Shown here: one piece after another, positions 20,339 through 28,763 of the stretch
How the letters are laid out: every line of letters starts with the position of its first letter
How positions within the stretch are numbered: the stretch's first letter is position 1
DNA from: an uncultured Myxococcales bacterium
GTDB taxonomy: Bacteria > Desulfobacterota > Binatia > UBA1149 > CAITLU01
Reading direction: 5' to 3'
NCBI GenBank assembly: GCA_964476185.1
Contig: CAYYZO010000002.1
Location: 25,116 to 89,115 of the forward strand
DNA length: 64,000 nt
The notes under the pieces: model-generated
The model's input: the letters and a program-made list of their open reading frames with translations, nothing else
What the model was told of the DNA's origin: nothing
Database searches by the model: none
Program-made: the position numbers and the translations under genes

Positions 20339-21628
20339 ATGGAAAGCGGAAGCATCCTGATCGTGGACGACGACGCGGCGGTGCGCGACAGCATCGGCGC
20401 GGTGCTGGCCGACGAGGGCTTCCGCGTCAGCTACGCGAACGACGGCGGGGAGGCGCTCGCGAGCGCCGGCCGCGAACGTCCCGACCTCGTGCTGCTCGAC
20501 GTCTGGCTGCCCGGGATGGACGGCATCCAGGTCCTGCAGCAGCTTCGCGAAGGGCACGAGGGACTGCCCGTCATCGTCATCTCCGGGCACGGCAACATCG
20601 AGACGGCGGTGCGGGCGACGAGGCTGGGCGCGGTCGGCTTCATCGAGAAGCCGTTCACGATCGACGGCCTGCTCGAGGCGGTGTCGGGCGCGTTGCAGCG
20701 CGCCCGACCGGCCAGGGAGGGAGCGGCAGCGGAGGAGGCGAGGCCTGCGGTCCCGGACGACGGCCCGGCCGCCGCGTCGATCGTCGCCGGCCGGCCCGTG
20801 CGCCAGCGGACCGTCGCGCGTTCCGTCGTCGGCGCGGGCCTCGGCCTGCACAGCGGCGCGCGGACGGGCATCATCCTGCAGCCGACTCCTCCGGGAAGCG
20901 GCATCGTCTTCAGCAGCGTTTCCGTCGGCGGCGCCGTCGAAGCCGACGTGGACAACGTCGATTCCACCGGCTACGCGACGACGCTGTTCAAGAAGGGGCT
21001 CGCGGTTCGCACGGTCGAGCACCTGATGGCGACGCTGCATGCGTACGGCATCACGAACCTGCTCGTGAAGATCGAAGGCGAAGTGCCGATCCTCGACGGC
21101 TCGGCGGTCGAGCTCTGCGAGCTGCTCGAGCAGGCCGGCATCGACGAGCAGGACGCGACGCTGCCGTCGCTGGTGGTCACCGAGGAGATCCGCCTCGAGC
21201 CCGGGCCGGACCAGTTCCTGGTCCTGCGGCCCTACGACGGACTGCGAATCCGCTACGAGCTCTCGTATCCGGAACCGGTCGGCGACCAGACCTACGTTTT
21301 CACGATGCGCGACGCGCGCGACTTCCGTCGCGAGATCGCGCCGGCGCGCACGTTCGGGTTCGTCGAGGAGATCCGCGCGCTCGAGAGCGCCGGGCTGGGG
21401 CAGGGCGGCCAGCTCGGCAACTTCATCCTGATCGGCGAGAAGGGGATCGTGAACACCGAGCTGCGGTTTCCCGAAGAACTCGCGCGTCACAAGATCCTCG
21501 ACATCCTCGGCGACTTCTACCTGCTCGGCGCGCCGATCCGCGGCGAGATCCACGCCCGCAAGACCGGGCACTCGCACAACGTTGCGATGGTGCGCCGGCT
21601 CCGCGAGATGCTGCGCGGCGCGCGCTGA
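20339..21628 (+). CDS. lpxC: Fusion protein: NtrX/NtrC-type response-regulator receiver domain plus full-length UDP-3-O-acyl-GlcNAc deacetylase LpxC
   Basis: Residues 1-120 form a REC domain with DD, the phospho-acceptor D in LVLLDVWLPGMDG, T/S in VIVISGHG and K in IEKP (NtrC-like). A roughly 35-aa A/P/R-rich linker follows. Residues about 154-429 align collinearly with LpxC from its residue 3 (RQRTVARSVVGAGLGLHSG...TVEHLMATLHAYGI...ARTFGF...HKILDILGDFYLLGAPIRG...KTGHSHN). There are no stops between the domains. Confidence 0.85.
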   Translation: MESGSILIVDDDAAVRDSIGAVLADEGFRVSYANDGGEALASAGRERPDLVLLDVWLPGMDGIQVLQQLREGHEGLPVIVISGHGNIETAVRATRLGAVGFIEKPFTIDGLLEAVSGALQRARPAREGAAAEEARPAVPDDGPAAASIVAGRPVRQRTVARSVVGAGLGLHSGARTGIILQPTPPGSGIVFSSVSVGGAVEADVDNVDSTGYATTLFKKGLAVRTVEHLMATLHAYGITNLLVKIEGEVPILDGSAVELCELLEQAGIDEQDATLPSLVVTEEIRLEPGPDQFLVLRPYDGLRIRYELSYPEPVGDQTYVFTMRDARDFRREIAPARTFGFVEEIRALESAGLGQGGQLGNFILIGEKGIVNTELRFPEELARHKILDILGDFYLLGAPIRGEIHARKTGHSHNVAMVRRLREMLRGAR

Positions 21629-21759
21629 GCGCCCGCCCGCCGGCCGCGCCCTCGATCGGGTACCCGCTTCCTGGCGCCGGGGCAGGCGCGAACGGGCGCG
21701 GGTGACTCGATTCCGTAACCGGTTCCAGCCTTCGACTGCTTTCTGCCGGGCCAGGCGGA

Positions 21760-21810
21760 GAGAGGCCTTGACTTCTGTACGATAATTTTGAAAATGATAT
21801 TCAAGATCGC
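21760..21810 (+). promoter_or_regulatory. AT-rich promoter-like island (TTGACT ... GATAATTTTGAAAATGATATTCAAG) upstream of orphan ORF 21811
   Basis: About 60% AT over about 50 nt in a 72% GC background. Contains TTGACT, GATAAT and TTGAAA hexamers, but none has canonical 17-bp spacing. Confidence 0.35.
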
Positions 21811-22383
21811 ATGGGCACACCGATGGCAGACCCGAACCAACACCCCTCCGGCGAATCCGGGTCGGCGGCGCGCTGCCCCTCAAGGGAGCGACGGCTCGAC
21901 GACTGCTCCCGCTGCGTCGTTCGCACGCTGCTCGGACTCGGGCTCGGCGGGCAGGAGGCCGGTCGCCTGCTGGCCGGTCTCGGCCAGATCGCGACGACCG
22001 CGGGGCTGCGGGACTCGGCCCTGCTCGACCGTCTCGTCGAAGCCGTGCGGCTCGACCGCCGCGCCGAGGAGCGCGTGCGCGGCCTGCTCGAGGATCGCCT
22101 CGAGCCGCAGGCGGCCCGCTATCGCGGGTGCTCCCTCGCCGAACTCGCGCGGCTGTGGTCGCAGGACCGCCATCGCCTGACCGGCGAGGACCTGCTCGCG
22201 CTGTTCTGGGTGGTCGTCTCCCGGAGCGAGCCGGCCTGCCGCAGCTTCGAGCAGCGCCTCGTCGAGGAGATTCCGGTCCTGGCGCTGCAGTCGCTCGCGG
22301 ACACCCGCGCGGGCGCCGTTCGCAGGGCCGAGCCCGTCCGGACGTGCGGCGCCGGCGCCGCAGCCAAGGAGGACCCGTCTTGA
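21811..22383 (+). CDS. Hypothetical protein (Cys-x9-C-x2-C N-terminal motif), orphan
   Basis: 190-aa ORF directly downstream of an AT-rich promoter-like island. No recognisable domain. The start may instead be the ATG at 21823. Confidence 0.35.
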   Translation: MGTPMADPNQHPSGESGSAARCPSRERRLDDCSRCVVRTLLGLGLGGQEAGRLLAGLGQIATTAGLRDSALLDRLVEAVRLDRRAEERVRGLLEDRLEPQAARYRGCSLAELARLWSQDRHRLTGEDLLALFWVVVSRSEPACRSFEQRLVEEIPVLALQSLADTRAGAVRRAEPVRTCGAGAAAKEDPS

Positions 22384-22595
22384 ACCAGCCCGATTCCTTT
22401 CGACGCGAAGAATGTCTCGTCCAGCTGCTCGCCGAACACGGCCCGGTCCGTGTCGCGCGCTGCGGCTGCGGGACCGTGCACCTGAGCCTCGGGGCGCTCA
22501 CGGTCCGCTTGCCCGAACTCGCGTACCAGCAGGTCGTGCGCGCGCTGCTCGACGCGCGCCAGCGCATGGCCTGGGAAAACGCGCCGGTGCAATGA
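22380..22595 (+). CDS. Hypothetical small protein (71 aa, CGCG motif), possibly co-transcribed with the upstream ORF
   Basis: TTG start overlapping the upstream TGA (TTGA coupling). Codon usage looks genome-typical but there is no homology anchor. Confidence 0.25.
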   Translation: MNQPDSFRREECLVQLLAEHGPVRVARCGCGTVHLSLGALTVRLPELAYQQVVRALLDARQRMAWENAPVQ

Positions 22596-22692
22596 GGGAA
22601 CGCGGGCGCGCCGTCGTCGGGATGCGGGACCGCGCGGGCGTGCGCGCGAGGCGTGCCCCGGGCCCCGCCGTCGCGCGCCGCGCCCGGCGCCG

Positions 22693-23496
22693 TCAGTCCG
22701 CCGCGACGACTCGCGGCGAGGCGAGCGTGCCGGTCACGCGATAGTTGCGCCATCCCGCGGCGTCAGCCGCTGCGCGCGGCATCAGCCCGACCAGCGCGCG
22801 CGAGCGCGGCGTGTCCTCGAGCTGGCGCGTGCGGAACCCGACGCGGATGGCGCCCCGCGACGGCAACTGGACGTCGAGCAATTCCCACACGACGCCGCTC
22901 GTCTCGGCCCGGCCTTCGCGGACGTCGAGCCGGCCGTCCTCCAGCGTCGCGTGCAGCACGAGGTCTTCGAACTCCCACTCGCCGAGCGGAAGATCGGCGC
23001 CGCCCTGGCCGGCGCCAACGAGGATCCCGCCGAACGTGCCGCCGCCCGAGGTGACGTCGAGGCGCGCGCCGCTCGGCCCGGCTTCCGTCGGGCGCGCGAC
23101 GTCGATGCCGTCGAGGACGAGCGCGCCGTCGAGGCTGCTGGCGAGTTCGAGTCGCCCGACGCGCAGGCAGCGCGAGGGGTCGATGCCGTGGAACTCGAGC
23201 GCCAGCGTCCCGCCGCGAAAGCTGCCCTCGAGTCGCCCGCCGCAGGCTTCGGCCTCGAACCAGCGCGTGATCCCGACGTAGAGCGAGTCGACGTCGAGTC
23301 CGTTCTGTCCGGCCGCGACCGAGACGCCGGTCGCGCGGACACCCGCGGGAAGCGCCAGCCGGACGCTGCGCACGGACAGCTCCGCGCCGGTCGCCGCGAG
23401 CGGCTCGCGCGCGGCGTCGAGCACCCATCGCTCGAGCGGGGCGGTCAGCAGCAACGCGACGACGAAAGCGGCGACGAACAGCAGCGCGCGCAGCAC
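22693..23496 (-). CDS. gspN: Type II secretion system protein N (GspN-like), last gene of the gsp operon
   Basis: N-terminal membrane anchor (LLFVAAFVVALLLTA). Position immediately after gspM in a canonical C-to-N order. Weak sequence-level support. Confidence 0.5.
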   Translation of the reverse strand: MLRALLFVAAFVVALLLTAPLERWVLDAAREPLAATGAELSVRSVRLALPAGVRATGVSVAAGQNGLDVDSLYVGITRWFEAEACGGRLEGSFRGGTLALEFHGIDPSRCLRVGRLELASSLDGALVLDGIDVARPTEAGPSGARLDVTSGGGTFGGILVGAGQGGADLPLGEWEFEDLVLHATLEDGRLDVREGRAETSGVVWELLDVQLPSRGAIRVGFRTRQLEDTPRSRALVGLMPRAAADAAGWRNYRVTGTLASPRVVAAD

Positions 23497-23503
23497 GGCG
23501 TAC

Positions 23504-24058
23504 TCAGGAAGGCAGCGCGGCGGCGGCGAGGAGGGTGACGTCGAAGCGGGAAGGGTCGTCGTAGCGCTTCTTCACGAAGAACTGGCGGAGGTAGACGGGG
23601 CTCTTCTCGCCTTCGATCGCGCGCAGCAGCGCGACGACTTCGCCGAGCGTCGCGCCCGACAACTTCAGCTCGACGTTGTTTTCCTGTCGTCCCCCGTCGA
23701 GCGCACGCCGCGATGGCGTCATCGACGCGATGGACTCCGGGCGCAGGCTGGCGCCGGCCGCCTTCTCCACGAACGCGAGCAGCGAGAAGTCCGCCGCAAC
23801 GGAGACGGGCTTCCCGTCCTTCGGCGCCTCGGCCTCGCTTCGGCGGATCTCGCGCGCGAGCGCCTCGATCTGGCCGATCTCGGCGCGCAGCGACTCGATC
23901 TCGCGGCGCATGCCGTCGCGTCCGTCGAGGAAGGGCGAGACCACCAGCGTCCAGCCGAGGGCGACGACGACGAGGCCGGCGAAGACGGCGACGAGACGCT
24001 GCTCGCGAGGGCTGAGCCGCGCGACCAGCAACTGCGCCTGGTGGATCGCGACGTTCAT
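23504..24058 (-). CDS. gspM: Type II secretion system protein M
   Basis: 184 aa with a single N-terminal TM helix (LVAVFAGLVVVALGWTLVVSPF) and a periplasmic domain. Start at ATG 24058 overlaps the gspL stop. Confidence 0.7.
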   Translation of the reverse strand: MNVAIHQAQLLVARLSPREQRLVAVFAGLVVVALGWTLVVSPFLDGRDGMRREIESLRAEIGQIEALAREIRRSEAEAPKDGKPVSVAADFSLLAFVEKAAGASLRPESIASMTPSRRALDGGRQENNVELKLSGATLGEVVALLRAIEGEKSPVYLRQFFVKKRYDDPSRFDVTLLAAAALPS

Positions 24059-25440
24059 GCGCCTGCTCCCGGCGTCGCGGTCTCGAGCTCGAGCAGGAAC
24101 TCGACGCCGCCGCCCGTGACGGCCGCGTGCACGTCCTTCACGTCGACGCGCGAGAAGGAACCGCCGCGACGGAGCTCCTCCTGCATCTTCGTGACCGTCT
24201 CGAACGTCTCGGCGTGCCCGGTCACCTTCGCCGCGGGCGGCACGTGCTCGACCTGGTCCACGACGACCTCGAGGTTCTTCGGGATCTCGCGCGACAGCGC
24301 GGCGAGCAGTTCCAGCGGCGAGCCGGCGCCGCCGGTCGCGCTGCCCGCGCGGCCGCTGAGCTCGCGCAGCCGCATCTCCATCTTCAGCTTGCGCCCGGCG
24401 CCGCCGCTGCCCGACGGCATCGCGGAAGCGTAGGCCTGCTCGGCGCGAGCGGCCAGCAGGCTGCGTTCGCGGAACAGTTGCACGTAGTCGATCCCGACCG
24501 CGACGATCGCCAGGGTCGCGGCCAGCGCGGCCCAGCGCACGAGCGGCGCGGCCTCGCCCTGCAGGTCCCGCAGCGACGAGAGGCCGAACAGCGATCCGGA
24601 GCCGGCTTCGAAGTCGAGCGTCGGAGCGAGCGAATCGCCGCTCGCGACGAGCACGAGCCCGGCGAGCGCGGTCGTCTCGCGCCAGTCGCGCGCGCCGAAG
24701 CCGTCGACCGGCGCCGCGGCCGGCAGGGGCTCGAACCGCATTCCCGGCACGCGGCGCGCGAGCTCGCCGAGCAGCCGGCCGGCGCCGGGTCCCCCGACGA
24801 CGGCGCGGTCCTGCTCGCCCGCCACCGTCGCGAGCGACCAGGCGACGTTGCGCAGCATCAGCGCGTCGTCGCACGGCGCGACCACCCGCAGGGCCGACAC
24901 GCAGCCGGATTCGATGCGTGCGATGACGGCGCCGCCGTCGCCGAAATCGACGGCGACGAAGTCCTGGTCCTCGCCGACGGACCGGCGGTACGCGGTCAGG
25001 ATCGCGGTCGGTTCCCAGATCAGGCGGTGGGGCGCCGGGACGGCGCCCAGCTCGAGCAACCGTGCGCGCGCCGCCTCGAGGCGCCCGGTTTCGGCGATCG
25101 CCGCGAGCACGCTCGCCCCGGGGCCGGCGCCGTTCGGCGCCGCGTAGTCCCAGGCGACGCTGCCGTCGTCGAGGGCGTAGGGGACGTGCTCCTCGAGCGC
25201 GGGGCCGACCGCCTGCGCGACGCGTCGCCGGTCCCGGAACGGCAGCTCGAGCACGCGGAACGCCGCGGCGGACGGTTCGAGGGTCGCCACCACGCGGTCG
25301 AAGGGGCCGCCCGGAAGCGCGGAGCCCGCGCCCGGAAAATCGAAGACGTGCGCGACGCGCAGCGAGCCGATGCTCGACTCGATGACGGCGCCTGTCGTGC
25401 GACCGGCGTGCGCGCTGAGGGCGAGGGTCTTGCTGCTCAT
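24055..25440 (-). CDS. gspL: Type II secretion system protein L
   Basis: Cytoplasmic actin-like N-domain, a central TM helix (VRWAALAATLAIVAVGIDYV) and a periplasmic C-domain. Start at ATG 25440. Confidence 0.7.
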   Translation of the reverse strand: MSSKTLALSAHAGRTTGAVIESSIGSLRVAHVFDFPGAGSALPGGPFDRVVATLEPSAAAFRVLELPFRDRRRVAQAVGPALEEHVPYALDDGSVAWDYAAPNGAGPGASVLAAIAETGRLEAARARLLELGAVPAPHRLIWEPTAILTAYRRSVGEDQDFVAVDFGDGGAVIARIESGCVSALRVVAPCDDALMLRNVAWSLATVAGEQDRAVVGGPGAGRLLGELARRVPGMRFEPLPAAAPVDGFGARDWRETTALAGLVLVASGDSLAPTLDFEAGSGSLFGLSSLRDLQGEAAPLVRWAALAATLAIVAVGIDYVQLFRERSLLAARAEQAYASAMPSGSGGAGRKLKMEMRLRELSGRAGSATGGAGSPLELLAALSREIPKNLEVVVDQVEHVPPAAKVTGHAETFETVTKMQEELRRGGSFSRVDVKDVHAAVTGGGVEFLLELETATPGAGA

Positions 25441-26594
25441 GGTGCGGCTGGTCCTGGCGCGCGAACGAGGGATGGGTCGTCGAGGCGCGCCGCGATGCCC
25501 GAGTCGAGTCCGACGATGTTCGGTCCGCGGCGCTGGAGCAAATACACGATCCGCGAAACCCCGCTCTGGCGCTCGACGAGCGCCTCGACCGAGCGCATCG
25601 CGCCGCCGACGTCGCCGGTCGCCCGGACGCGGAACCAGCGGCTCGAGTAGCCGAACAGCCGCTCGAGCTCGTCGGACGAGAACGAGTCCATGCCGCCGAT
25701 GGCCAGCAGCGAGTCGGTTTTCGAGAACGGCTGCCCGCTGCGCGCCTCGACGAGGCGGCGGACGAGGAACTCGTCGTCGAGGCGGGGGTCGATCGACGCC
25801 AGCACCTCGGCCGGCGCGGTGTTGACGTTCACCTTGAGCCCGCCCTCGGGAAGCACGGTGACGAAGCGGCGCAGCCGGGTCAGTACCTCGGGCGTGAAGC
25901 CGCGCACGAGGGCGAGTTCCGCGTAGCTTCGCAGCGGGCCGTTGCGCGGCCGGTACGGCGACGGCCCCTGCGAGTACCAGGCCGCCTCCGCGGCGAGCGC
26001 CCCCGGTCCCGGGTCGTCGTTGCGGTCGATCCAGTCGGCGAGCGGGGAGGCGAGGGCGGTGTCGAGCCCGAGGCGGGCGAGCAGGGACTGGAAGCGCCGC
26101 CCGGCCGGCGAGAGCGCGCCGGTCGCGAGCTCGTTCAGGTTGAGCTTGCCCTGTTCGTCCTCGATGCGCACCGCGAGCAGGCCCGCGCCGGTGTCGATCG
26201 GCGGCATCTCGCGCGCCCACAGGTCGAGCAGCGAATCGGTGGAGCCCATCGAGAAGTCGAGCTTCAGGACCTCGGTCGCGACGGTGACGCCGCCGTCGGC
26301 CACGAGCGCGGCGCGCCGGCCGGCCAGCCACATCGCCGCGCGGCGGTGGCTGACCTGCGTCGACACCGTGAACTCCAGCACCGTCACCGCCAGCAGCACC
26401 ATCGTCAGCAGCGCGAGCAGCAGCGCGACGCCGCGCTCGCCCTCGCGCCGACCGGCAGCGGTTCGCGTGCCCGCGAGCGCCGGGAGCCGGCCGTTCGTCG
26501 CGGGCGCCCCGCGACCGGCGTTCGCTTCGCGGCGTCGCAGGAACGCGTCGAGGCGCCGGCCGAGCGCCGGGAGCCGTTCGCGCCCGCACGACAT
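25437..26594 (-). CDS. gspK: Type II secretion system minor pseudopilin GspK
   Basis: Hydrophobic N-terminal helix (VALLLALLTMVLLAVTVLEF). GspK-like body with a helix-hairpin-helix-like segment (VNVNTAPAEVLASI). Start inferred at ATG 26594. Confidence 0.7.
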   Translation of the reverse strand: MSCGRERLPALGRRLDAFLRRREANAGRGAPATNGRLPALAGTRTAAGRREGERGVALLLALLTMVLLAVTVLEFTVSTQVSHRRAAMWLAGRRAALVADGGVTVATEVLKLDFSMGSTDSLLDLWAREMPPIDTGAGLLAVRIEDEQGKLNLNELATGALSPAGRRFQSLLARLGLDTALASPLADWIDRNDDPGPGALAAEAAWYSQGPSPYRPRNGPLRSYAELALVRGFTPEVLTRLRRFVTVLPEGGLKVNVNTAPAEVLASIDPRLDDEFLVRRLVEARSGQPFSKTDSLLAIGGMDSFSSDELERLFGYSSRWFRVRATGDVGGAMRSVEALVERQSGVSRIVYLLQRRGPNIVGLDSGIAARLDDPSLVRAPGPAAP

Positions 26595-26608
26595 TCCGGT
26601 GCGCGAGG

Positions 26609-27325
26609 TCACGGGGTGCGGCCCCCCGGGCGCCGCCGCTCGTCCATCGTCTCGACGACCGGCAGCACCACGGTCGACACGAGTTCGACGACGCCGGTCT
26701 CGCCGCCGTCGACGCGCACGGTGCTGCGCACCGCGAGCGGCGCGCGTCCCGTGCGGCCGCCCTTGGCCGTCGAATCCCAGGCGGCGACCCAGACGTCGGG
26801 CTCGTAGAACTCGAGCGCGACGCTGGTGCGCTCGCTCAGGACCTCCACCGGCTGGTCGCGCCAGTCGACCGGCTCGGACCGCGGTGGCCGTCGTTCCTGG
26901 CGAACGAGGCGTCCCGAGGCATCGTAGCGCCACACGACGTGGGCCTGGTCGCCGCGATCGGCGGCGAGGGCGGAGGGGATCTCGCCGCCGACGAAGGCGT
27001 CGGCGGGCGTCACGCCGCGCGCCACCAGCGTCGTCATCTCGAGCAGCACGCGCTCGCTCGCGGGTCCGGACGATCCTGCCGCCGGCGCGAGCAGGCGCGG
27101 CGGCCCCGTGAAGCATGTCTCGAAGCTGCCGAGCAGGTCCTGTTCGAGGCGGTCGAGCACGAGGCGCGCCTCCGCGTCGAGGCGCACGCGTTCGGTCGCG
27201 GCGTCGCGGCTCGTCAGCGCGCCGGTCACGACCGGGTAGAGCCCGCCGCCGACGATCGCGAAGATCGCGAGCGCGACGAGCAGCTCGAGCAGCGTCATGC
27301 CGCGCTCGCTCCTGCGCGCGCTCAC
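26609..27325 (-). CDS. gspJ: Type II secretion system minor pseudopilin GspJ
   Basis: Prepilin-type N-terminus GMTLLELLVALAIFAIV. Confidence 0.75.
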   Translation of the reverse strand: MSARRSERGMTLLELLVALAIFAIVGGGLYPVVTGALTSRDAATERVRLDAEARLVLDRLEQDLLGSFETCFTGPPRLLAPAAGSSGPASERVLLEMTTLVARGVTPADAFVGGEIPSALAADRGDQAHVVWRYDASGRLVRQERRPPRSEPVDWRDQPVEVLSERTSVALEFYEPDVWVAAWDSTAKGGRTGRAPLAVRSTVRVDGGETGVVELVSTVVLPVVETMDERRRPGGRTP

Positions 27326-27765
27326 GGCAGCCCCGTCGGCGCGAGCCTTGCGCCCGACACGCGAACCGCCGCCCAGAGTTCGGCAACGGGCCGTTCGTCG
27401 CCGCCCCGAAGCACGGCGACGCGCACCTGCCGCAGCGACGGAAGCGCCGTCGGCAGCACTTCGCGCTTCCAGGTGAACGCGTCGCTGCCGGGGCCGCCGT
27501 AGACGCGCTCGCGGCCGTCGGCGTCGCGGGCGCGCACGACGAAGCGGCCTCGCAGCGTGCCTTCCTCCAGAGTCGGGTCGATGCGCGCGAGCGAAAGGAC
27601 GTTGCCGGCCAGCGTGCCGGCGACGGTCAGCTCGGCGGCCTCGGAGGCGAGCGCGAGGTTGCGCGCGTGCAGGCCGACCAGCGTCGTGACCGCGACGCCG
27701 AGGATCGCGGTCGCGACCAGCACCTCGAGCAGCGTGAAGCCCCGCTGCCGCCCGCTCCTCGTCAT
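27322..27765 (-). CDS. gspI: Type II secretion system minor pseudopilin GspI
   Basis: Prepilin N-terminus RGFTLLEVLVATAILGVAV. Start at ATG 27765 overlaps gspH. Confidence 0.75.
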   Translation of the reverse strand: MTRSGRQRGFTLLEVLVATAILGVAVTTLVGLHARNLALASEAAELTVAGTLAGNVLSLARIDPTLEEGTLRGRFVVRARDADGRERVYGGPGSDAFTWKREVLPTALPSLRQVRVAVLRGGDERPVAELWAAVRVSGARLAPTGLP

Positions 27766-28319
27766 CGCGGCCCCCCGGTCGGCCGCCGCACGGCGTCGCC
27801 GCGAACCGCGTCCAGTTCCACGAGCGACGTCTCGCCGTCCTCGTTCGCGAGCCGCACGCCGACGTTCTCGGTCGCGCCCTCGGGCAGGAAGAACACGTCG
27901 CGCGTACCCGACGCCCGCTCGCCTTCGCGGTCGATCACCGCCTCGAGGACGACGTCGTCGGGAAGCGAGATCGCGCGCGCCAGCGGGTCCGATGGATCGA
28001 CGCGGAAGTCGATGCGCTCGTCCTGGTTCGGGCCGCGGTCGGCGAACGGCGCCAGCGCCGCGACGCTCCATTGCTCGCGGTCGAGGTCGAGCGTGAGGCG
28101 ATAGACGCGGCCCCGCAGCGAAGCTTCGTCGGCGAGCCAGGTCATCGTCGCGGCCAGCCGCTCGGCGCTCGCCTCGAGGTCGGTGCGGCCGAGGCTCGGC
28201 AGGCGGGGGACGGCGAACGCGAGCAGGATCGACACGATCAGCAGGGTGAGCGCGAGCTCGAGCAGCGTGAAGCCGCCCTCGCGCCCGTCGCCAGGCCCGT
28301 TTCGCCGCCCGCCGGGCAC
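27762..28319 (-). CDS. gspH: Type II secretion system minor pseudopilin GspH
   Basis: Prepilin N-terminus GGFTLLELALTLLIVSILLAFAVP. Confidence 0.75.
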   Translation of the reverse strand: MPGGRRNGPGDGREGGFTLLELALTLLIVSILLAFAVPRLPSLGRTDLEASAERLAATMTWLADEASLRGRVYRLTLDLDREQWSVAALAPFADRGPNQDERIDFRVDPSDPLARAISLPDDVVLEAVIDREGERASGTRDVFFLPEGATENVGVRLANEDGETSLVELDAVRGDAVRRPTGGPR

Positions 28320-28326
28320 GCCGTGC

Positions 28327-28755
28327 TCAGAAGTCGCGCGAGTCGATGTCGGCGTCGTAGCCGTCGCCGCCTTCCTTGCCGTCGGCGCCGAGGCTGCGCA
28401 GCACGTACTCGCGTCCGTCGGAAGCGAACAGGTAGGGGCCGTCCCAGGGGTCGACCGGAACGCGCTCCATGTAACCGCCCTGGCGCCAGTTGCGCGGCGC
28501 CTCCCCGCGGGTCGGCGCCTCGACGAGGGCCTCGAGCCCCTGCTCGGAGGTCGGGAAGCTGCCGGAGTCCAGCTTGTAGAGGGAGAGGGCCTGCTCGATC
28601 GCGGCGATGTCGGCGCGCGCCTTGACGATCTTCGCGTCGTCGGTGCGGCCGATCAGGCGCGGCGCGGCCAGCGAGATCAGCAGGCCGAGGATCATGACCA
28701 CGACGAGGATTTCGATGAGGGTGAAGCCGGCCTGGCGCGTTCTTCGCATGGTCAT
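28327..28755 (-). CDS. gspG: Type II secretion system major pseudopilin GspG
   Basis: QAGFTLIEILVVVMILGLL prepilin leader and GspG body (KARADIAAIEQALSLYKLDSGSFP...GADGKEGG). Confidence 0.9.
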   Translation of the reverse strand: MTMRRTRQAGFTLIEILVVVMILGLLISLAAPRLIGRTDDAKIVKARADIAAIEQALSLYKLDSGSFPTSEQGLEALVEAPTRGEAPRNWRQGGYMERVPVDPWDGPYLFASDGREYVLRSLGADGKEGGDGYDADIDSRDF

Positions 28756-28763
28756 CCTATAGG

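Noticed and set aside
21629-21810. Sigma-54 (-24/-12) promoter upstream of ORF 21811
   Set aside because: TGGCGC...GCAGGC does not match the TGGCAC-N5-TTGC spacing. Only the generic AT-rich island is reported.
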